A stretch of DNA of 63,356 nucleotides, filler included, from Craspedostauros australis (lineage: Eukaryota), in NCBI GenBank assembly GCA_030167865.1. It is 13 parts of 13 records of this genome, joined end to end, with 100 filler letters (N's around TTAATTAATTAA, not from the genome) between each part and the next. Parts side by side here need not be neighbours in the genome. Positions count along the whole stretch, not along the records: positions 56,518 to 60,321 come from JALAGF010000722.1; positions 60,422 to 61,802 come from JALAGF010000724.1; positions 61,903 to 63,356 come from JALAGF010000726.1; 10 more parts are not named here. One strand, 5' to 3'. Shown piece after piece: positions 57,696 to 63,356 of this stretch (within the stretch, counting starts at the first letter, position 1; each line of letters opens with the position of its first letter). The translations under genes and the position numbers were made by a program. Under the pieces are notes generated by a model that made no database searches, was not told the origin of the DNA, and was given only the letters and a program-made list of their open reading frames with translations.

Positions 57696-59672
57696 TCAAG
57701 CATCTTTCGCGGCCGCCACACCACGCATTCGCACATTCTGCCATCGCCTGCGGTCCCCAACCGTGTGAGTGGTTCTCTGCCGCAGGATGATCTGTTCTTG
57801 CCGTTTCATGACAGATTGCATCTGTCTCCATGTCCGCGGACGCGACACGCAATGGCCGTGACCTGCGCCTTCCCATACCAACACATCGAAGTTCGCATGC
57901 TTGTTCGATGATCTTGGGATCGCAGCACTTGTGGGCGTGACGGGACTGGACGTTGCAGACGTAGGCACAGCCGCAGACGCAGCTGCGACATTACGACCGA
58001 AATTGGCGCAGCAGCTGCCACCACCGCCAACGTTGCCACGCCATGAGGAGGACACACGGTCAAGCTCCCGTCGGACCTTCTCGAATGGCAGAACCTCATC
58101 GTACTCCGAGAGGCAAACTAAAACCTTGCAGTAACCCGATGAAGGGAGGTCTTCGAGCCATAGCTCGCTGTTGTACCATGCGAAGTGCCGGCGTAAGTAA
58201 TGCTCCGTGAACAGCTCGTTGGACACAACGCCGATGCGTGCATGCCGAGGTCGCTGCTTCATGGCCGTGCGCGCGTAGAGGAAGTTCGTGATGACGTCTG
58301 GTTCGCTGAGAAGGATGGAGACGGGATCCACCAAGACGATCTGTCGGATCTTGTACGAGTACGGTGAGTGGACCAGCCACGTGATGGGACACGAACCGAA
58401 GGAATGACCCACAACCGAAACCTGCGCATGCGATCCGAGGTGACGATGCACCGCCTCCCAAACGCCCGACGTCGTTTGCTGCTCCGACGGTGGAGGTTCG
58501 AACAGCGATTGGTGAATGCCGAGGGAGATTCCAGGATTCTCAAAGAACAGCAAAGGGCGTCCATCTCTGCCCAGGAAGAAGAGCATGGGAAGGTACGCCG
58601 TGATGCCGCCCGGAGCGATGCCATGCAAGAATAACAGCGGCAACGTATCGACCGAAGCAGTTGGATCATCTCCGGGGTCCTCATTGCGGTTGATGCCAGC
58701 ATTGATATTGGTGCTGTGAGTATGCGACGCCGACGTCGAGGATCCACCTTGTGCACTCGGCTGCGACTTTGCCATGAACCGCCGACGACGATACTGACGC
58801 TGCCGTCGCCTTGGTCGGAACCAATACCTCAATCCGCTGCTGGTGCGGTGAAACGAAAACCCGGCAAGGCGGAGCACAATGCCACCAATGATCTTGATGA
58901 ACGCAAAGATCATGTACACGCAGAGCGGGCGGTACTTGGATTGCAACGGATCCAGCGTCAATCGCATCGGCCGAATGTGCGGGGATGACGTGCCTGGCTC
59001 AAAATTGAGCGCGTGCCTCGTGCTGAGCGTTGCGTACATTCTGTCCAATTCCTGGAGCATCCAATCCTCAAGGTCGCAGTGCGGCAACGCGAAAAACGCC
59101 CAAGCAAAGAACTCATCCATGTCGCCCTTCTTTGGTCGAAAGCTGTCTGGGATCTCATCGTCATTCCCAATATATCCATCGTCCGATGCTATAGTTCCAA
59201 GTTCCTGCCGTTTGTCTTGGTGCTGCTGCTTCTGCGTAGCATCCGTCTTTGCATTGGGATCTCGTTGCTCTTCATCTCGATGTGTACCTTTGTAATGCTG
59301 TTGCTTGTGAACCTGCGGATGCACTTGACAGCGGTAGAACCAGCCTCGGATGTAGGCCTCCAGCTTGGGCAGAATGGGCTGCTTCGTGGCTCTGCATGTG
59401 CTCTCCATGCGTTCCAGAATGCGCAGCAGCAACCTGCGTCGATCCCGTCCAATGCGATAGTCATCGTGAGGCCGCAGCTCTTGAAAGTGCGGCACCAGGA
59501 TGTGCTGGAAGATCCACCAGAACAGCAGCTCCGAAAGTAGCCACAAGGCAAGAACCGCCATGATCGTCATGACGAAACCGACGAGCAACTTGCTCTCCAT
59601 CGTTGCAGTCTCATTGTCATTCTGCGATGGATGTTCCTGCAGCGATGACATCGATGCACCGAAAGACATCAT
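57696..59672 (-). CDS. Alpha/beta-hydrolase fold protein with an N-terminal TM segment
   Basis: LPLLFLHGI, nucleophile elbow VVGHSFGS, LVDPVSILL, LSEYDEVL (candidate Asp) and GAGHGH (candidate His). Confidence 0.9.
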   Translation of the reverse strand: MMSFGASMSSLQEHPSQNDNETATMESKLLVGFVMTIMAVLALWLLSELLFWWIFQHILVPHFQELRPHDDYRIGRDRRRLLLRILERMESTCRATKQPILPKLEAYIRGWFYRCQVHPQVHKQQHYKGTHRDEEQRDPNAKTDATQKQQHQDKRQELGTIASDDGYIGNDDEIPDSFRPKKGDMDEFFAWAFFALPHCDLEDWMLQELDRMYATLSTRHALNFEPGTSSPHIRPMRLTLDPLQSKYRPLCVYMIFAFIKIIGGIVLRLAGFSFHRTSSGLRYWFRPRRRQRQYRRRRFMAKSQPSAQGGSSTSASHTHSTNINAGINRNEDPGDDPTASVDTLPLLFLHGIAPGGITAYLPMLFFLGRDGRPLLFFENPGISLGIHQSLFEPPPSEQQTTSGVWEAVHRHLGSHAQVSVVGHSFGSCPITWLVHSPYSYKIRQIVLVDPVSILLSEPDVITNFLYARTAMKQRPRHARIGVVSNELFTEHYLRRHFAWYNSELWLEDLPSSGYCKVLVCLSEYDEVLPFEKVRRELDRVSSSWRGNVGGGGSCCANFGRNVAAASAAVPTSATSSPVTPTSAAIPRSSNKHANFDVLVWEGAGHGHCVSRPRTWRQMQSVMKRQEQIILRQRTTHTVGDRRRWQNVRMRGVAAAKDA

Positions 59673-60321
59673 ATTCTCGTTGACCGCACTGTTAGCGCCT
59701 AGAGGATTCTAGTCTGTTTCGGTTTCATGGATTGTTGATCCTTCAGTAACTCCTGTGGCACCTCTGATGCCCCGCGTACATCGCCCTACGAACTCGTTTG
59801 GCTTTGGTGTTGGATGGTTGGCTGATCGTTTTGTTCCTCTCTGGCCGTACTCTTCCTGTGCTCTGTGTGCTCTATCCTGCTTTGCGCACTTTGGGAGCAT
59901 GCCTTCTCTGGGAGTTGTCGGAAAAGGAGAAAAGCTTACTTTTTATGTCGGAATTGGCAAGACTAGGTACTTGATTAGACATAAATATGTGATGTGCACC
60001 CATCATGGTACTTTGTTTGTTCCTACTACTATNGAGTACTTAGTTAGTGCTCTCCTTTGTGTTTCTGTTTCTGTTGTTTTCGTTGTTTTTTGGTGTTTGT
60101 TTTGGTTTTGTTCGTGCTGTTGTCGTTATTCTGTGTGATCTACTCTGGGGAGTAGCGCTCTCTGTCTGTGATGTCTGCCTGCTTTGCTGGTTCTCGTGTG
60201 ATGTTCCTGTTGTTGACGCATTCACGCTGATGCGGTGTTGTTGTTGTTGTTGTTGACGCATCCAGGCTGATGCGGTGTACTGCGTTGCGCTGCACTTAGG
60301 CGTTCACAGTGTGCCCTGTTG

Positions 60322-60421
60322 NNNNNNNNNNNNNNNNNNNNNNNNNNNNNNNNNNNNNNNNNNNNTTAATTAATTAANNNNNNNNNNNNNNNNNNNNNNN
60401 NNNNNNNNNNNNNNNNNNNNN
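60322..60421. other. Artificial contig spacer 11
   Basis: N44-TTAATTAATTAA-N44. Confidence 0.98.
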
Positions 60422-60778
60422 AGCCTGTTTTTACAACACTTAGTGGCACAAAACGTCCAAATGTCTGTGCGACATCTCATGGACACGGAGATTTCACATC
60501 GACCTCCAAGGTTAGTGTATCAATGTAGACCACCTGTATCACACAGGAAAGTACAAACCACATCATACAGTTTGTCATAATTGCCATAGAATGCATGTAA
60601 ATAGTCCATACGAATATATAGCATCTAATGAAGGGATAATGACTACATTAGTAATAGATATGTGCATCATCCATTTGTTTGCTCCAACTCTTTGCGTTGT
60701 GGATCGTATTCTGATGAAACCTTCATTGGAAAGGATAAACATATTACGTTTTAACCAGATCAGCGCATCGAGGGCATT
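60422..60778. repeat. 357-bp segment, reverse complement of 56518-56874
   Basis: Direct comparison. Confidence 0.93.
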
Positions 60779-60779
60779 A

Positions 60780-61790
60780 CAATGGGTATAAAGCCAGCTA
60801 GCAATTGACTGGATCCATCTGGAAGGCGTTGCAGAATATGCGCGATCAAATCACATGATACCACATGGTAGCTGTGTGCGGTGTGCAGGGTTTTGACCAA
60901 ACCTTCATATGAATGATTCAACATCTGCAATTCTACGAATGTAATCATAGCGACAGACCTTCAATGGGTATGGGGGTGGCTTGCGAGGATCTGGATCCTT
61001 CTGGAAGAAATGCCGGCATCCAAATCTATGAACCTCGTCATACTGAGCGCTACGCTTGATGCTGTACTGTATTCCACATATCTATGCATTTGGCAGGCAG
61101 TTTTGAGAGATCTGACCAACTGCGTAGCTCCAATCACGCTCAAAAGAGTACAGTCATGGAGTTTGAAGTCTTAGATCCCTTTGGAAGGGATCTAATTCAA
61201 CGGATGCTGATATCACGCAGTCCTAAATGGTACGCATCGCATTGGACAGTGATTTGGATATTTGCGCATAGGAACTATCAATCGTATTCCGATCCAACAC
61301 TATAACCACTCCAATCACACGTCACAGAGTATGGCTATGGAGTTAGAAGTGCAAGATCCATCTGAAAGGGATCCAATTTCATGGATGATGCTATCCCGCG
61401 GTACTGAACGATACACCTCGCACTGTACAGCGTTCTGCGCATATATGCATAGAAAACGTCGATCATATTCCAATCGAAAACTTTGGCCACTCCGAATGCA
61501 CTGCAAAGAGTACGCAAATTGCGGTTAAAATGCAAGATCCGTCTGGAAGGGATCCAGTCTTACGGATGCTGATGTCACACAGTACTGCGTGGGATGCGTC
61601 TGGACGGTAGGCATCGCTCTGAGCAGTATTCCGCACATCTATGCCTTCGGCCATCCATCTTGAGAGATGCGATCAACGGAATCACTCCAAACATACTCCA
61701 AAGGCTACGGCCATGGAGTTTGAAGTCCTTGATCCGTTCGGAAGGAATCCAATTTTCCGGATGTTGATGTCAAGTGGCACTTAGGGGCGT
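60780..61790. repeat. Degenerate tandem array, unit ~181 bp, about 6 copies
   Basis: Anchor GATCC-N4-G(G/A)A(A/G)G at 60812, 60994, 61174, 61355, 61536 and 61731 (spacings 182, 180, 181, 181, 195). Most of the four 3' units also share ATGGAGTTWGAAGT, GGATGNTG and CTCCRA. Confidence 0.85.
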
Positions 61791-61802
61791 CGTGACATGA
61801 GG

Positions 61803-61902
61803 NNNNNNNNNNNNNNNNNNNNNNNNNNNNNNNNNNNNNNNNNNNNTTAATTAATTAANNNNNNNNNNNNNNNNNNNNNNNNNNNNNNNNNNNNNNNNNN
61901 NN
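61803..61902. other. Artificial contig spacer 12
   Basis: N44-TTAATTAATTAA-N44. Confidence 0.98.
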
Positions 61903-62252
61903 GAGAGGGTGATGAAAAGCCACACTTGAGAGTGATCACGAAAGGAGAGCTCAAACGGACGGAGCGGAATGGACTTGCCGAGGAGGTTCGTGGCAGAAAA
62001 GATGGTTTTGGGCTGCTACACGCGGGACTGACGTACAAAATGGAACAGCGTCTACAGAGAAAATGACTCATACAACTAAATATAATACCAAATGTTACCA
62101 ATGGTCACCAAAAATGGCCTCCCTTCAAGCCATGAGACACTAGAGTTAATGTTTCCACGCCTCTTGATGCCATCGACATCCCCACTGATTGCCGCGCCGC
62201 AGCAATCGCAAACATGCTCTGCTCTTGTATCCGCTCTTGCGCTGATTGGAAT

Positions 62253-63356
62253 CTACTCCTCCAACATCTCGGGCAAAACGCTGCAGGTGTAGTACTTCTT
62301 GGCCAGATTGAATCCATTGAAGGTGCACGCCGAGCTGCTAGTGTAGGCTCCCAGGTTCTCGTAGTAGAGGCAGTCGCCGATCTCCAGCTGCGGCAGGAGG
62401 ACCGACCGGTTGACAACGTCGCCAGCGTCGCAGGTGGGCCCGAAGATGGTGGAGGGGTAGAGAACGTCTTCATTGTGATTAGTAGACTTGATGGGGTTGC
62501 TGCGCAACAACCGTGGTCTCACGTGGAGGGTGTCGTCCCAAATTAGATTGTTGAATGGACCATACACGCCTTCGTTGAGGTAGTAGGCGAAGTCGTCGCG
62601 GGTGGCGACAGCCGTCTTGTCTGAGCCCTCGGTGTTGTCTTTGTTGGCAAGGTTGCTGCGGACACTGGTGACAGAAACGACGACAGCAGAGCAGGCGGAC
62701 ACCAGGTATCGTCCTGGCTCGCCCATGACTCGGATGCTGTCCTCAGGGAAGATCTCGTCGATGAGGGGCGAGATCTGATCGGCCATGCCGGGGAACGACA
62801 TGAGGGACATCGCCCTCTCNAGCGCCTCTTCATCTTCCTCCAATTCCTTGGGATGATCCTCATTGGGGACCTNGGAGAGGTTGGCCGGATTCCAAGGGGA
62901 GATCGTGTCGCCAGGGAAGCCACCGCCGATGTCCAAGAGGTTCATATCGAAGCCGAACTCGTTCTTACCCATATCGAAGATTTCGCGGGCATCGTTCAGC
63001 GCCGTCTTGTACGTGGATGCAGTGCGGCAGTTGGAACCAACATGGAAGGCAACACCGACAACGGGCAAGCCGCATTCCTTGGCGGTGCTCAGCAGATCCC
63101 TCCAGTGCGCGCGCGTTGCACCAAACTTGGTGGAGAGTGGGTATTCCGAGCAGGAGTCATCCGTGACGATGCGCAGCACAAGCTCGATGTCCTTGGATAC
63201 CCCCGCGCACTTTCGGATCTCGTCAGCATTGTCGAATGTGACCCTGCATACATTCTTTTTGACGGCGGCCTCGATGTGCGAGCGCTGCTTGCAGGGGTTG
63301 GCGAAGATGATGTCGGGGCGCTGCGGCAGATCCGCGGAGCATTCTTCCACGAGAGT
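62253..63356 (-). CDS. ODC: Ornithine decarboxylase family (fold-type III PLP enzyme), 5' end outside the window
   Basis: IIFANPCK, TFDNADE, KFGA, VGVAFHVGS, LDIGGGFPG, EPGRY, GVYGxFN, GPTCD and GAYT motifs. Confidence 0.92.
   Translation of the reverse strand, partial: TLVEECSADLPQRPDIIFANPCKQRSHIEAAVKKNVCRVTFDNADEIRKCAGVSKDIELVLRIVTDDSCSEYPLSTKFGATRAHWRDLLSTAKECGLPVVGVAFHVGSNCRTASTYKTALNDAREIFDMGKNEFGFDMNLLDIGGGFPGDTISPWNPANLSXVPNEDHPKELEEDEEAXERAMSLMSFPGMADQISPLIDEIFPEDSIRVMGEPGRYLVSACSAVVVSVTSVRSNLANKDNTEGSDKTAVATRDDFAYYLNEGVYGPFNNLIWDDTLHVRPRLLRSNPIKSTNHNEDVLYPSTIFGPTCDAGDVVNRSVLLPQLEIGDCLYYENLGAYTSSSACTFNGFNLAKKYYTCSVLPEMLEE

Noticed and set aside
59946..59955. TGTCGGAATT shared with ~36178 as an LTR start
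   Set aside because: Only a 10-bp match, with no extended similarity, PBS or TSD seen.
46629..63356. A polyamine/silica gene cluster (Pls-like NRPS, KxxK protein, ODC)
   Set aside because: The genes are on different contigs separated by artificial spacers, so there is no evidence of linkage.

Overview
Eukaryotic nuclear DNA, most likely from a diatom (inferred from DUF6824-type, CRAL-TRIO+DUF6824 and other diatom-typical families, CoDi-type copia remains, bipartite plastid targeting and GT-AG introns). The window is not contiguous: it is 13 pieces joined by 12 identical 100-bp artificial spacers (44 N + TTAATTAATTAA + 44 N), so adjacency across spacers has no biological meaning. Piece 1 (1-31909) carries about 9 genes: two CSRNP-like/RVxF proteins, two DUF6824 proteins, a spliced Q-rich Cys/His-domain protein, a probable thylakoid-lumen protein, a glycine-zipper protein, a TPR-like protein and a small helical protein. 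The short pieces carry an (SGPT)n mucin-like protein, a COG0523 GTPase start, a CpG-decayed copia RNase H, an annexin, a lactonase end, a PNUTS-like protein with two RRMs, a Pls/PosA-like NRPS membrane segment, an RXL/KxxK plus Cys-repeat protein, a BTB protein, an LRR-like protein, an alpha/beta hydrolase and an ornithine decarboxylase. Non-coding structure includes a degenerate ~181-bp tandem array, a perfect 28-bp palindrome, a 20-bp minisatellite and several dispersed repeats. No rRNA, tRNA or CRISPR array was recognised, and I could not demonstrate a complete new multi-gene system. Family assignments come from motif recognition by eye, not database searches.
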